A DNA stretch of 32,000 nt, from the NCBI RefSeq assembly GCF_900105015.1, contig NZ_FNLK01000005.1, forward strand, positions 390,001-422,000, in the 5' to 3' direction. Shown one piece after another: positions 8,660-17,643 of the stretch. The notes under the pieces were generated by a model. The model worked only from the letters and a program-made list of their open reading frames with translations. It was not told where the DNA came from and ran no database searches. The DNA comes from Schaalia meyeri (lineage in GTDB: Bacteria > Actinomycetota > Actinomycetes > Actinomycetales > Actinomycetaceae). Position 1 is the first letter of the stretch. Every line of letters starts with the position of its first letter. The position numbers and the translations under genes were made by a program.

Positions 8660-10843
8660 CTATCGCACCGCCCCGCTCAGCAGCGCAAACAGCGAGGAGA
8701 GCCGCTCGTTGGCGGGCAGGTCCTCGACAAAGACTTCCTCCCCGTCCGAATCGCACAGCGGCACGCACCAGTTCGGGTACAGCTCGGCCCCCGTGCCCGG
8801 CATGTTTTGAGGACGCACGTCCCCCACGGCGTCCACGAGGGAGGCGACGACCAGCTTCGACGGGGCCTTCGCGACGTAGTGGTACAGGCCCTCGACGATT
8901 TCACGCTCACTGGGCTCGGCACCGTCGATGCAGCCGTACTCGTGCAGTCGCGCCGCGACCTGTTCGCGTTCGAGTCGATCCTTTGCCCGGACGGTCTCGA
9001 TATCGTCGGTGAGCAGGCCCAGCTCCGCGCGCAGCGTCGTCTGAATACCGCGGATGTACCCGAGGGTCGGCGGTAGATCATGAATGTTGACCGCAGCGAG
9101 CGCGCGGTCGCGGTAGTGTTCGGGACGCAGAGGCCATCCCCCGCCGTCCTTTTCGAACCAGACGACCGAGGTGCCCAGTACCCCGCGCTCGCGCAGATAG
9201 TCACGCACCCACGGCTCGACCACGCCCAGATCCTCACCGATGACGACCGCGCCGGCGCGCTGTGCCTCCAGCAGGATCACGCCCATCATGGCCTCGTGAT
9301 CGTAGTACACATAGGTGCCCTCGGTCGCACTGCACCCATCCGGAATCCACCACAGGCGGAACATGCCCAGGATGTGGTCGATGCGTATCGCACCCGCGTT
9401 AGCCAGGGCGGCCCGCACCATATCGCGCAGGGGCAGGTACCCCGACTCGGCGAGACTGCGCGGGGACCACGGCGGCTGCGACCAGTTCTGTCCCTGCTGG
9501 GAGTAGACGTCCGGCGGGGCGCCCACGCTCATACCGGAAGCAAAGAGCTCGGGTCGGCTCCACTTTTCTGAGCCACGGCCGTGGACGCCCACGGCCAGGT
9601 CCGCCATGATGCCGATCTCCATGCCGACCTCGCGCGCCACCTGCTGGGCGTGCTCCAGCTGTTCGGCTGCGATCCACTGGCACCACTGATAGAAATCGAC
9701 GCGATCCGCCAGCTCGAGGCGCTCCAGCTCGACGCGCGGGGCGGACGAACGCGCGAGGTCGTCGGGAAGCTCGATGGTTCCCTCGCGCTCCACAAGAGCG
9801 CACCACAGCGCGTAGTTGGACAGTTCGGATCCTCCGCGCTCAATGAAATGCTCGAACTGCGACTGCCGGTGGTATTGGCGGGGCGCGGAGAAGATGACCT
9901 CCAGCGCCTTGCGTTTTGCCTCCCACGCGCAGTCACGATCGACCAGGTCCTCGCGGGTGTCGAATTGACGGGTCTCGTCGCGCAGTTGATCGATGGCGTC
10001 GCGCGAGGCCTGCGGCAAGGCCGCGTACTCGTCAATGTCCTCGGGACGGATGTAGATCGGGTTGAGCCAACGGCGAGACACCGGCAGGTAAGGCGAGTTC
10101 TCGAGGGGCGACACCGGCTGAGACGCGTGCACCGGATTAACCAGGAGGAAGTCCGCGCCCTTATCCGCGCACACGGCCGCCAGATCCGCCAGATCCGAGG
10201 CGTCGCCGATCCCCCACGAGCCCGCCGAACGCGTCGAATACAGCTGGGCGTTGACCCCCCACGCGCGGCGAGAAGACTCCAGGATCGGCAGCGACAGCGA
10301 GTTCGGAACGATGACCAGCGTGGCAGACTCAACACGTCCGCCCTCGACGGTAGCCACGAGACGATGCCAACCGAGGGGCAGCCAGTGAGGCACGTCGAAG
10401 GTCGCGCGACCCACGAGTTCGCCATCGATCATGCGGGGGGGGACATAGTGGTCAATCTGCTCACAGCTCCCCTTGCGCCCGTCTTCGAGCACCCACTGGA
10501 CGTTCACCCACGAGCCGTCGGGAACATGAACGGGGAACAAGTATCCGCCCCCCTGTCGCGCGACGATCGTCGGCGGCAGGGTGCGACGCCATTGCCGTTC
10601 GTCGGTCAGGCGCATCGCCCGCTCGACGTCGCCCACCGTCGATGACTCGTCAAGGGGAAGCCCCAGCGCACCGAGGACCTTCAGCAGGGTCGGGGCGCCA
10701 ACCCCCACCCAGTTCCCGTACCAGTCCCAAAAACCGGTAGCGACACCGTTTGCATCGGCGATACGGCGCAGTTGATCAATGTTGTCGGATGCGGGGGCAT
10801 GGATATCCACGGAAGAGCCTTCTACGTTGTGGGCTGAGAACAC
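8660..10843 (-). CDS. malQ: 4-alpha-glucanotransferase (amylomaltase), long actinobacterial form
   Basis: 727-aa ORF with GH77 motifs: GIGDASDLADL, FLLVNPVHA, YSQQGQNWSQPPW, IRIDHILGMFRLWWIP and VIGEDLGVVEPWV. The start is either GTG 10843 (8 nt after the upstream stop, no RBS) or GTG 10810 (GAAGG upstream). Confidence 0.92.
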   Translation of the reverse strand: MFSAHNVEGSSVDIHAPASDNIDQLRRIADANGVATGFWDWYGNWVGVGAPTLLKVLGALGLPLDESSTVGDVERAMRLTDERQWRRTLPPTIVARQGGGYLFPVHVPDGSWVNVQWVLEDGRKGSCEQIDHYVPPRMIDGELVGRATFDVPHWLPLGWHRLVATVEGGRVESATLVIVPNSLSLPILESSRRAWGVNAQLYSTRSAGSWGIGDASDLADLAAVCADKGADFLLVNPVHASQPVSPLENSPYLPVSRRWLNPIYIRPEDIDEYAALPQASRDAIDQLRDETRQFDTREDLVDRDCAWEAKRKALEVIFSAPRQYHRQSQFEHFIERGGSELSNYALWCALVEREGTIELPDDLARSSAPRVELERLELADRVDFYQWCQWIAAEQLEHAQQVAREVGMEIGIMADLAVGVHGRGSEKWSRPELFASGMSVGAPPDVYSQQGQNWSQPPWSPRSLAESGYLPLRDMVRAALANAGAIRIDHILGMFRLWWIPDGCSATEGTYVYYDHEAMMGVILLEAQRAGAVVIGEDLGVVEPWVRDYLRERGVLGTSVVWFEKDGGGWPLRPEHYRDRALAAVNIHDLPPTLGYIRGIQTTLRAELGLLTDDIETVRAKDRLEREQVAARLHEYGCIDGAEPSEREIVEGLYHYVAKAPSKLVVASLVDAVGDVRPQNMPGTGAELYPNWCVPLCDSDGEEVFVEDLPANERLSSLFALLSGAVR

Positions 10844-10851
10844 TGTTAAGT

Positions 10852-11136
10852 CTAGGCGTGCGCCCGCTGCGGCAGAACCGCCTCGGGAGTGTCATGAGAC
10901 ACGCTATCGAGGCGGGCAATCATCGCCGCCGCTATGTCGTCCGAGGGCGCTCCGCAGACGATCTGTACGACGTTGCCGGAGCGCACGACGGCCAGCACAC
11001 CGTCGACGCGCAGCGCGGCCTCGTCGACCGCCCGCTGAGATTTCACCTGGATACGGATACGCATCGTGCAGGGTTCAACCTCAACAATATTGAGATATCC
11101 ACCCAGCGCATCAATGAGCGTTTGCTCGATCGCCAT
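10852..11136 (-). CDS. Divergent free-standing PTS EIIB-like protein
   Basis: 94 aa: LIDALGGYLNIVEVEPCTMRIRIQV. The EIIB fold signature is present, but the motif is C-T-M-R-I-R rather than C-I-T-R-L-R. Its stop lies 8 nt before malQ. Confidence 0.7.
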   Translation of the reverse strand: MAIEQTLIDALGGYLNIVEVEPCTMRIRIQVKSQRAVDEAALRVDGVLAVVRSGNVVQIVCGAPSDDIAAAMIARLDSVSHDTPEAVLPQRAHA

Positions 11137-11174
11137 CGGAGCCCCTTTCGCACCGTTGGTTCTTTGCGATACGA

Positions 11175-11193
11175 GTCACATAGTAGATGTGAC
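11175..11193. promoter_or_regulatory. Perfect palindrome GTCACAT-N5-ATGTGAC; candidate operator overlapping the EIIB-like/malQ promoter
   Basis: gtcacatagtagatgtgac, read directly. It lies 39-57 bp upstream of ATG 11136 in a locally AT-rich patch and overlaps the predicted -10 element and spacer. Confidence 0.35.
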
Positions 11194-11208
11194 CTACGCA
11201 AAAGGCAA
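11180..11208 (-). promoter_or_regulatory. Candidate sigma-A type promoter for the EIIB-like/malQ operon
   Basis: Minus strand reads TTGCCT (11208-11203), a 17-nt spacer, then TACTAT (11185-11180). This would give a leader of roughly 35-40 nt. Confidence 0.35.
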
Positions 11209-11376
11209 ATGTATGTCTCGGCGCGTGTGAAACTCCTGTCAAGTGGGGCACCAGGACCTCAACGCCAGATCACAACCCGGCAGGCCAGCCTATTGGCCAC
11301 ATTGTCAAACCTCGCACTCATCCGCGCCACCGCCTTCGTCCCGCCCTCAGTCCCCCTACGCCGGCATCCGTCGGAA

Positions 11377-11418
11377 TTGGACGAGGGGGGAGAGCCTGGG
11401 CTCTCCCCCCTCGTCCAA
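11377..11418 (-). terminator. Strong hairpin terminator immediately after ettA
   Basis: Perfect 20-bp stem TTGGACGAGGGGGGAGAGCC / GGCTCTCCCCCCTCGTCCAA around a central tg. It begins 3 nt after the ettA stop (11422-11424). Only a short T-run (TT) follows on the minus strand. Confidence 0.7.
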
Positions 11419-11421
11419 CTG

Positions 11422-13104
11422 TCAGTCCCGCGTCAGCTTCCTGTGCGTGACGCGATGCGGAGTCGCGGCCGCCTCGCCCAGGCGGGCCACCTTATTCTTC
11501 TCGTACGCCTCGAAGTTCCCTTCGAACCAGTACCAGTTATCGGGCTCTTCCTCCGTGCCTTCCCAGGCGAGGATGTGCGTGGCGACGCGATCCAGGAACC
11601 AGCGGTCGTGAGTGACGACCACCGCGCAGCCCGGGAACGCGAGCAGGGCGTTCTCGAGCGACCCCAGCGTCTCGACGTCCAGGTCATTCGTCGGCTCGTC
11701 CAACAGGAGGAGGTTGCCTCCCTGCTTCAGGGTGAGCGCCAGGTTCAGGCGGTTACGCTCACCGCCGGAGAGGACGCCTGCGGGCTTTTGCTGGTCCGGC
11801 CCCTTAAAGCCGAAGGCGGACACGTAGGCGCGCGAGGGCATCTCGACGTTGCCCACCTGGATAAAGTCGAGCCCGTCGGAGACGACCTGCCAGAGTGTCT
11901 TGTCCGGGTCGATGCCCGCGCGACTCTGGTCGACGTAGCTAATCTTCACGGTCTCACCGATGGTGAGCTCACCGCCGTCCAGGGGCTCCATGCCGACGAT
12001 CGTCTTGAACAGCGTCGTCTTGCCGACGCCGTTGGGGCCGATGACACCCACGATGCCGTTGCGTGGCAGGGAGAAGGACAATCCGTTGATCAGCGAACGA
12101 TCGCCGAACCCCTTGCTCAGATCCTTCGCCTCGATGACGACACTGCCCAGGCGCGGACCCGGTGGGATCTGAATCTCTTCAAAGTCGAGCTTGCGCGTGC
12201 GCTCCGCCTCGGCCGCCATCTCCTCGTAGCGAGCCAGACGCGCCTTGGATTTGGCCTGACGCCCCTTGGCGTTAGAGCGAACCCACTCGAGTTCTTCCTT
12301 CAGACGCTTGGCCAGCTTGGCGTCCTTCTGCCCCTGAACCTCAAGGCGCTTCTCCTTGGTCTCCAGGTAGGTCGAGTAGTTACCCTCGTAGGGGTAGAGG
12401 TGGCCGCGGTCGACCTCGGCGATCCATCCGGCGACGTGGTCCAGGAAGTATCGGTCGTGGGTGACGGCGATGACGGCACCCGGGTAGGAGGCCAGGTGTT
12501 TCTCGAGCCACAGCACGCTCTCCGCGTCGAGATGGTTGGTCGGCTCGTCCAGGAGCAGCAGGTCAGGCGCCTCGATGAGCAGCTTGCACAGCGCCACGCG
12601 ACGACGCTCGCCGCCCGAGAGAACGGAGACGGGCTGATCCGAAGGCGGGCAGCGCAGCGCGTCCATCGCCTGCTCCAGTTGGGAATCAATGTCCCACGCA
12701 TTGGCGGCGTCAATCTCGGTCTGCAGCTTGCCCATCTCATCCATGAGCGCATCAAAATCAGCATCCGGATTCGCCATCTCTTCCGAAATCTCGTTGAAAC
12801 GGGCAATCTTGCCGAAGATATCAGCGGCGCCCATACGCACGTTCTCGATGACGGTTTTGTCATCGTCCAGGATCGGCTCCTGCATGAGTATGCCGACGCT
12901 GTAGCCGGGCGTCAGGCGCGCCTCGCCGTTGCTGGGCTCGTCGAGTCCGGCCATGATCTTGAGGATCGAAGACTTACCGGCACCGTTGGGGCCAACCATG
13001 CCGATCTTTGCGCCCGGAAAGAAGCTCATGGTGACATCATCGAGGATGACCTTGTCACCGATGGCCTTGCGGGCCTTGATCATTTGATAAATAAACTCCG
13101 CCAC
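11422..13104 (-). CDS. ettA: ABC-F family energy-dependent translational throttle protein EttA
   Basis: Two ABC cassettes with Walker A GPNGAGKS and GPNGVGKT, and signatures LSGGERRR and LSGGERNR. The N-terminus VAEFIYQMIKARKAIGDKVILDDV matches EttA. The longest ORF (to 13305) adds 67 Arg/Ala-rich residues. GTG 13104 has GGAG 4 nt upstream and gives 560 aa. Confidence 0.9.
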   Translation of the reverse strand: MAEFIYQMIKARKAIGDKVILDDVTMSFFPGAKIGMVGPNGAGKSSILKIMAGLDEPSNGEARLTPGYSVGILMQEPILDDDKTVIENVRMGAADIFGKIARFNEISEEMANPDADFDALMDEMGKLQTEIDAANAWDIDSQLEQAMDALRCPPSDQPVSVLSGGERRRVALCKLLIEAPDLLLLDEPTNHLDAESVLWLEKHLASYPGAVIAVTHDRYFLDHVAGWIAEVDRGHLYPYEGNYSTYLETKEKRLEVQGQKDAKLAKRLKEELEWVRSNAKGRQAKSKARLARYEEMAAEAERTRKLDFEEIQIPPGPRLGSVVIEAKDLSKGFGDRSLINGLSFSLPRNGIVGVIGPNGVGKTTLFKTIVGMEPLDGGELTIGETVKISYVDQSRAGIDPDKTLWQVVSDGLDFIQVGNVEMPSRAYVSAFGFKGPDQQKPAGVLSGGERNRLNLALTLKQGGNLLLLDEPTNDLDVETLGSLENALLAFPGCAVVVTHDRWFLDRVATHILAWEGTEEEPDNWYWFEGNFEAYEKNKVARLGEAAATPHRVTHRKLTRD

Positions 13105-13418
13105 GTTACTCCGTTCGGGTGGTTCGGGGCGCGCCTTCGCGCGCGTTCTCCCCCATCGTAGCGACCCCGCACCGGGCTGCGGGCAGGCCAATGCGCTAAC
13201 ACCGCCGGTGATCCTCATCTCAGGCCGAAATTTCGCGGATTTCGCGCCTTCCGCACGCTTGCGGGCATCTCGCTTGGTTACGGAAGCGTAGCGATTTGCC
13301 GACAACTATTGCAATCTTTTAAGAAACCTGTGCGCATCTTCGCTTTTTAGGACAAACTTTGAAGTACCGGGGGTGACCCCAGCCATCGACACAGTAAAAG
13401 CACGAGGAAGGAGCGGAC

Positions 13419-14303
13419 ATGGACGCGCCCACGCGCATCGCCATCGACGGGGCACAGGCCCCCGTGTACCGCGTCCCGAGTGCCCCCTCGACCCTCGATC
13501 TGGCCACCGCGCTCCTCGCCGATACCGCGATCCCCACACCCCACATGACGACGGTCATCGCCGATCACCAAAGCGCCGGACGGGGCCGACTCGGACGCAC
13601 CTGGGCCGCTCCCCGCGGACAAGCGCTCCTGGCCTCGACCATCGTGTCCGTACCGGCATCCCTGCCCACCGAAGCTCTCGGCTGGCTCGTCCACGCGTGC
13701 GCGCTCAGCGTGCGAGACGCCCTGCGCAAGCGTCTCGCCCCGCTCAACCACGAGGTCTTCCTCAAGTGGCCCAACGACGTCCTCGTGGACAAACGGCGCA
13801 AGATCTGTGGAATCCTCGCCCAGCTCAGCCCGGCCTCGTCCCCCTTCACGACCACCGCGATACTCGGCTACGGCATCAACATCGCGCAAAGCGACACCGA
13901 CCTGCCCACCCCGCAGGCGACTTCCCTCCTCGCGGAGGGCGACGCCCTGGCCGGAACGGACCCCGTCGGCGTCACCCACACCCTACTCACCGACATCCTG
14001 GTAGGCCTGAAGGCGCGCATCCGCTCCCTGGTCGCCCACGGAAGCGCCGCGGCGAGCGGCCTCATGGACGAGGCCATGGCCGCCCAGGCGTTCATCGGAG
14101 GCCGGATCGCCGTGGCCGAACCCACCGACCCGACGGGGACACCCGCGCTCGAAGGAACCGCGCTCTCTCTCAGCTCCACCGGAGCCCTCCTGCTGCGCAG
14201 CGACGACGGACGTACCCACGAGATCCACGCCGGCGACGTCCTGGCCACCACGACCCCCGTGAGAACCGCTCACAACACCAAGGAGAAGCGTGCGAACAAT
14301 TAA
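13419..14303 (+). CDS. birA: Biotin--[acetyl-CoA-carboxylase] ligase, class I (no N-terminal HTH)
   Basis: 294 aa. The GRGRLGRTW motif is at residues 54-62, leaving no room for a DNA-binding domain. KWPNDVLV is present. GAAGGAG lies upstream of the ATG. Confidence 0.85.
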   Translation: MDAPTRIAIDGAQAPVYRVPSAPSTLDLATALLADTAIPTPHMTTVIADHQSAGRGRLGRTWAAPRGQALLASTIVSVPASLPTEALGWLVHACALSVRDALRKRLAPLNHEVFLKWPNDVLVDKRRKICGILAQLSPASSPFTTTAILGYGINIAQSDTDLPTPQATSLLAEGDALAGTDPVGVTHTLLTDILVGLKARIRSLVAHGSAAASGLMDEAMAAQAFIGGRIAVAEPTDPTGTPALEGTALSLSSTGALLLRSDDGRTHEIHAGDVLATTTPVRTAHNTKEKRANN

Positions 14304-16080
14304 CCGAATCCTCGTCGCCAACCGAGGCGAGATCGCCCTGCGCGTGTGCCGCACCGCCACGGACATGGGCATCTCAACCATCGCCGTGTACGCCGACCAG
14401 GACATGGCCGCGCCCCACACGCGCGAAGCCGACGAGGCGCTTGCACTTGGCGGAGACGACGCGGCATCGACCTATCTGGACAGCGAAAAGATCCTGGCCA
14501 TCGGAATCGAAACCGGTGCCGACGCCATCCACCCCGGATACGGTTTCCTCTCCGAAAACTCCAGCTTCGCGCGCGCTGTCGAGGACGCCGGCATCGCGTG
14601 GCTCGGCCCCTCCTCCGCCGTCATTGACGCCCTCGGAGACAAGATAAAGGCACGCCGAGTTGCCGAGGCCTGCGGCGTTTCCCCCGTCCCCGGCGTCTCC
14701 CAGCCCGTCACCTCGCGCGCCGAGGTCGAAGACTTCATCGCGACCGCCGGATACCCCGTCGTCCTCAAGCGGGCCGACGGCGGCGGCGGACGCGGCATCA
14801 GCGTCATCCGCTGCGCCTCAGACCTGGACCTCTTTTTTACCCGCCACGCCGACAGCGCCGATCTGGGCGCCCACTTCGTCGAGCGCTTCGTGGAGGTCGC
14901 CCGCCACGTCGAAACCCAGTGCGCGCGCGACGCGCTCGGTAATTTCCACGTCATCTCGACCCGCGACTGCTCGGTCCAGCGCCGCAACCAGAAGCTCGTC
15001 GAAGAAGCCCCCGCGCCGTTCCTGCCGGACGGAGCACACGAGACCCTCATCGCCTCCTCCCGCGCTCTCTTTGAGCACGTGAACTACATCGGCGTCGGCA
15101 CCGTTGAATTCCTGCTCGAACCCGACGGCAACATCTGGTTCCTCGAAGTCAACCCCCGCCTGCAGGTTGAGCACCCCGTCTCCGAAGAGGTCACCGGCAT
15201 CGACCTGGTTCGCGAGCAGATCCGTATCGCCCAGGGACTCGCCCTCACCACGCCTCCCGAACCGCGCGGACACTCCTTCGAGTTCCGCATCACCTCGGAG
15301 GACCCTTCCCAGGACCTCACCCCCACCGCCGGACGCCTCGACGAGGTCCACTGGCCCCTCGGTCCCGGAATCCGCCTCGAGCTCGGTATCGACCAGGGAG
15401 ACACGGTTCAGACCGCATTCGACTCTATGATCGCCAAGATCATCGTCACCGGCGCCGACCGCGAGCAGGCTCTCGCCCGTTCGCGCCGCGCGCTCGCCGA
15501 GTTCTCCGTCCAAGGCGTGGCCACACCCGTCCCCGTCTATCAGGACATCATCAACGACCCCGACTTCTGCGGGGTCGGCGGATTCAACGTCTCCACGCGC
15601 TGGTTCGAAACATCCTTCATGACCCGCCACGACTACTCAGACCTCGCGATCCCCGCCGAGGCCTCGTCGACGGCTGACCTTCCCCGCCAGACCTACATCA
15701 TCGAATTGGACGGGCGGCGCGTCAGCCTCACCCTTCCCGCCGGCATGTTCAACGCGCCGACCGCACCCGCCCCCCGCCCGCCGCAGCCGCTGCGTTCCTC
15801 CTCGAGGCGCGCCGCCGCGGCCGCGCCCCACGTGGGCCCGCACCAGGGCGCCCCCGGTGACATTATCGCCCCCATGCAGGCCATCGTCGTCGCTCTGGCA
15901 GTGGGAGAAGGCGAACGAGTCGAGGAGGGCCAACTCGTGGCCGTCCTCGAAGCGATGAAGATGGAAAAGCCGCTACTAGCGCCGCGAGCAGGCACCGTCA
16001 CCGCCCTGACGGTCAGCCCGGGCGATACCGTGACCGCGGGTAGCCGCATCGCCCACATCACCGACGAGGAGGCACAATGA
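14290..16080 (+). CDS. accBC: Acyl-CoA carboxylase alpha subunit (biotin carboxylase fused to BCCP)
   Basis: 596 aa. The N-terminus ILVANRGEIALRV, the ATP-grasp region, and the C-terminal VLEAMKMEKPL (biotinyl-Lys codon 15958-15960) follow a Pro/Ala linker. The GTG start has AAGGAGAAGC upstream and overlaps the birA end by 14 nt. Confidence 0.92.
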   Translation: MRTINRILVANRGEIALRVCRTATDMGISTIAVYADQDMAAPHTREADEALALGGDDAASTYLDSEKILAIGIETGADAIHPGYGFLSENSSFARAVEDAGIAWLGPSSAVIDALGDKIKARRVAEACGVSPVPGVSQPVTSRAEVEDFIATAGYPVVLKRADGGGGRGISVIRCASDLDLFFTRHADSADLGAHFVERFVEVARHVETQCARDALGNFHVISTRDCSVQRRNQKLVEEAPAPFLPDGAHETLIASSRALFEHVNYIGVGTVEFLLEPDGNIWFLEVNPRLQVEHPVSEEVTGIDLVREQIRIAQGLALTTPPEPRGHSFEFRITSEDPSQDLTPTAGRLDEVHWPLGPGIRLELGIDQGDTVQTAFDSMIAKIIVTGADREQALARSRRALAEFSVQGVATPVPVYQDIINDPDFCGVGGFNVSTRWFETSFMTRHDYSDLAIPAEASSTADLPRQTYIIELDGRRVSLTLPAGMFNAPTAPAPRPPQPLRSSSRRAAAAAPHVGPHQGAPGDIIAPMQAIVVALAVGEGERVEEGQLVAVLEAMKMEKPLLAPRAGTVTALTVSPGDTVTAGSRIAHITDEEAQ

Positions 16081-17633
16081 GCACGCCCAACCCGCTCACT
16101 CGCGACGGCTTTATCCAAGCACAAGACGCGCTGGCAAGCGCCGCCGAAGAGAAGGCGGCACAGCGCCAGCACGCCAAACACAAGCTCACCGCCCGCGAGC
16201 GCCTGGCCCTGTTCTTCGATGACGGAGTGTGGCACGAGGTCGGTCAGTTCATCGGCGGGTCCGTTCGCGCTGGGCGGGTCGGCTCGGCGGTGGCTGCCGG
16301 GTACGGGCGCGTGCAGGGGCGAATGGTCGCCGCGTACGCGCAGGACTTCTCGGTGCTGGGTGGGACCCTGGGCAAGGTCGAGGGCGATAAAATCGTCGAC
16401 CTGATCGACCTGGGTATTCGCATGCGTATCCCGATTGTCGGGATCCAGGATTCGGGCGGCGCGCGTATCCAGGAGGGCGTTGTTGCCCTGGCCCAGTACG
16501 GTCGGATCTTTAAGAAGACGTGCGAAGCCTCCGGTTTGGTTCCCCAGATTTCAATCATCCTGGGTCCGTGTGCGGGTGGCGCCGTCTACCAGCCGGCCCT
16601 GACCGATTTCATTGTGATGACGCGCGAAAACTCGCATATGTTCGTCACCGGACCCGACGTGGTCGCGGCGACGACGGGCGAGAAGGTGACGCTCGATGAA
16701 TTGGGTGGCGCGACGATCCACAACTTCCAATCCGGCGTCGCCCACCACATGGCCGACACGGAAGAGGAAGCCATCGATTACGTGCGCTCACTCCTGGACT
16801 ACCTGCCGTCGTCGTGCGAGGTTGCTCCCCCGCGTTACGAGTACCTTCCCAACCCCGAAGACGAGGAGGCTGCCCGCGCGGTTGCGGATCTGGTGCCGAC
16901 GTCGGCTCGACAGCCCTACGACGTGCGCGACGTGGTGCGCGCGCTGGTGGATCACGGGGAATACGTCGAGATTCAGGACCTGTTTGCCCCCAATGTGACG
17001 ATTGGTTTCGCGTGCGTTGACGGCGCCTCTGTCGGTATCGTCGCCAACCAGCCGATGAATGACGCGGGCACCCTTGATGTGGATGCGTCGGAAAAGACGG
17101 CGCGTTTCGTGCGATTCTGTGACGCCTTCGGGCTGCCGATCGTGACTTTTGTGGACGTTCCCGGGTATCGTCCGGGGACCGAGCAGGAGCAGGCGGGCAT
17201 CATTCGCCGCGGAGCAAAGGTGATCGTTGCCTACGCGAATGCAACCGTTCCGATGGTGACGGTGATCCTGCGGAAGGCCTACGGCGGCGCCTACATCGTC
17301 ATGGGGTCAAAGTCTATTGGCGCGGATCTGGCGTTCGCGTGGCCCGACGCGCAGATCGCCGTCATGGGCGCGGAGGGCGCGGCGTCGATCATGTACCGCC
17401 GCGAACTGGCGGCCGCCCGCGAGGACGGGAGCTTTGAAGAGACGAAGGCCGCTCTGGTTGCTCGCTACGAGGAGGAGACGGTCAATCCCGAGGTGTCCGT
17501 GGCCTCGGGTCAGCTCGACGGCATTATCCGACCGGCCGACACGCGTCAGACCATTATCGATTCCCTGCACCTGCTGGCCTCCAAAGACCAGCGTGCGCCC
17601 CACGTGAAGCGTCACGACAACGGTCCCCTGTGA
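16077..17633 (+). CDS. accD: Acyl-CoA carboxylase beta subunit (carboxyltransferase, AccD/PccB family)
   Basis: 518 aa with LTARERLALFFDDG, IVGIQDSGGARIQEG, GPCAGGAVYQPALTDF and RKAYGGAYIVMG. It overlaps the accBC stop as ATGA, and GAGGAGG lies upstream. Confidence 0.9.
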   Translation: MSTPNPLTRDGFIQAQDALASAAEEKAAQRQHAKHKLTARERLALFFDDGVWHEVGQFIGGSVRAGRVGSAVAAGYGRVQGRMVAAYAQDFSVLGGTLGKVEGDKIVDLIDLGIRMRIPIVGIQDSGGARIQEGVVALAQYGRIFKKTCEASGLVPQISIILGPCAGGAVYQPALTDFIVMTRENSHMFVTGPDVVAATTGEKVTLDELGGATIHNFQSGVAHHMADTEEEAIDYVRSLLDYLPSSCEVAPPRYEYLPNPEDEEAARAVADLVPTSARQPYDVRDVVRALVDHGEYVEIQDLFAPNVTIGFACVDGASVGIVANQPMNDAGTLDVDASEKTARFVRFCDAFGLPIVTFVDVPGYRPGTEQEQAGIIRRGAKVIVAYANATVPMVTVILRKAYGGAYIVMGSKSIGADLAFAWPDAQIAVMGAEGAASIMYRRELAAAREDGSFEETKAALVARYEEETVNPEVSVASGQLDGIIRPADTRQTIIDSLHLLASKDQRAPHVKRHDNGPL

Positions 17634-17643
17634 CCGACACCGT

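Noticed and set aside
11175-11193. Possible CRP/GlxR-type site because of TCACA and TGTGA half-sites
   Set aside because: The arrangement is TCACA-N7-TGTGA. Both the half-site polarity and the spacing differ from the TGTGA-N6-TCACA consensus. It is kept only as a generic palindrome/operator candidate.
11237-11242. Perfect TTGACA -35 hexamer on the minus strand upstream of the EIIB-like gene
   Set aside because: No acceptable -10 hexamer lies at a 16-19 nt spacing (the candidates are GAGACA and AGACAT). The downstream TTGCCT-N17-TACTAT pair is preferred.
10750-13161. 803-aa plus-strand ORF, the third-longest in the track
   Set aside because: It is entirely antisense to the well-supported ettA gene and overlaps the EIIB-like gene. 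Its composition is Arg/Leu/Val/Gly-rich with no recognisable motifs, which is the typical mirror-frame artefact of high-GC coding DNA.
13105-13305. N-terminal 67-residue extension of ettA in the longest ORF
   Set aside because: EttA homology starts exactly at VAEFIYQM (GTG 13104, with GGAG upstream). The extension is Arg/Ala/Pro-rich and unlike ABC-F N-termini.
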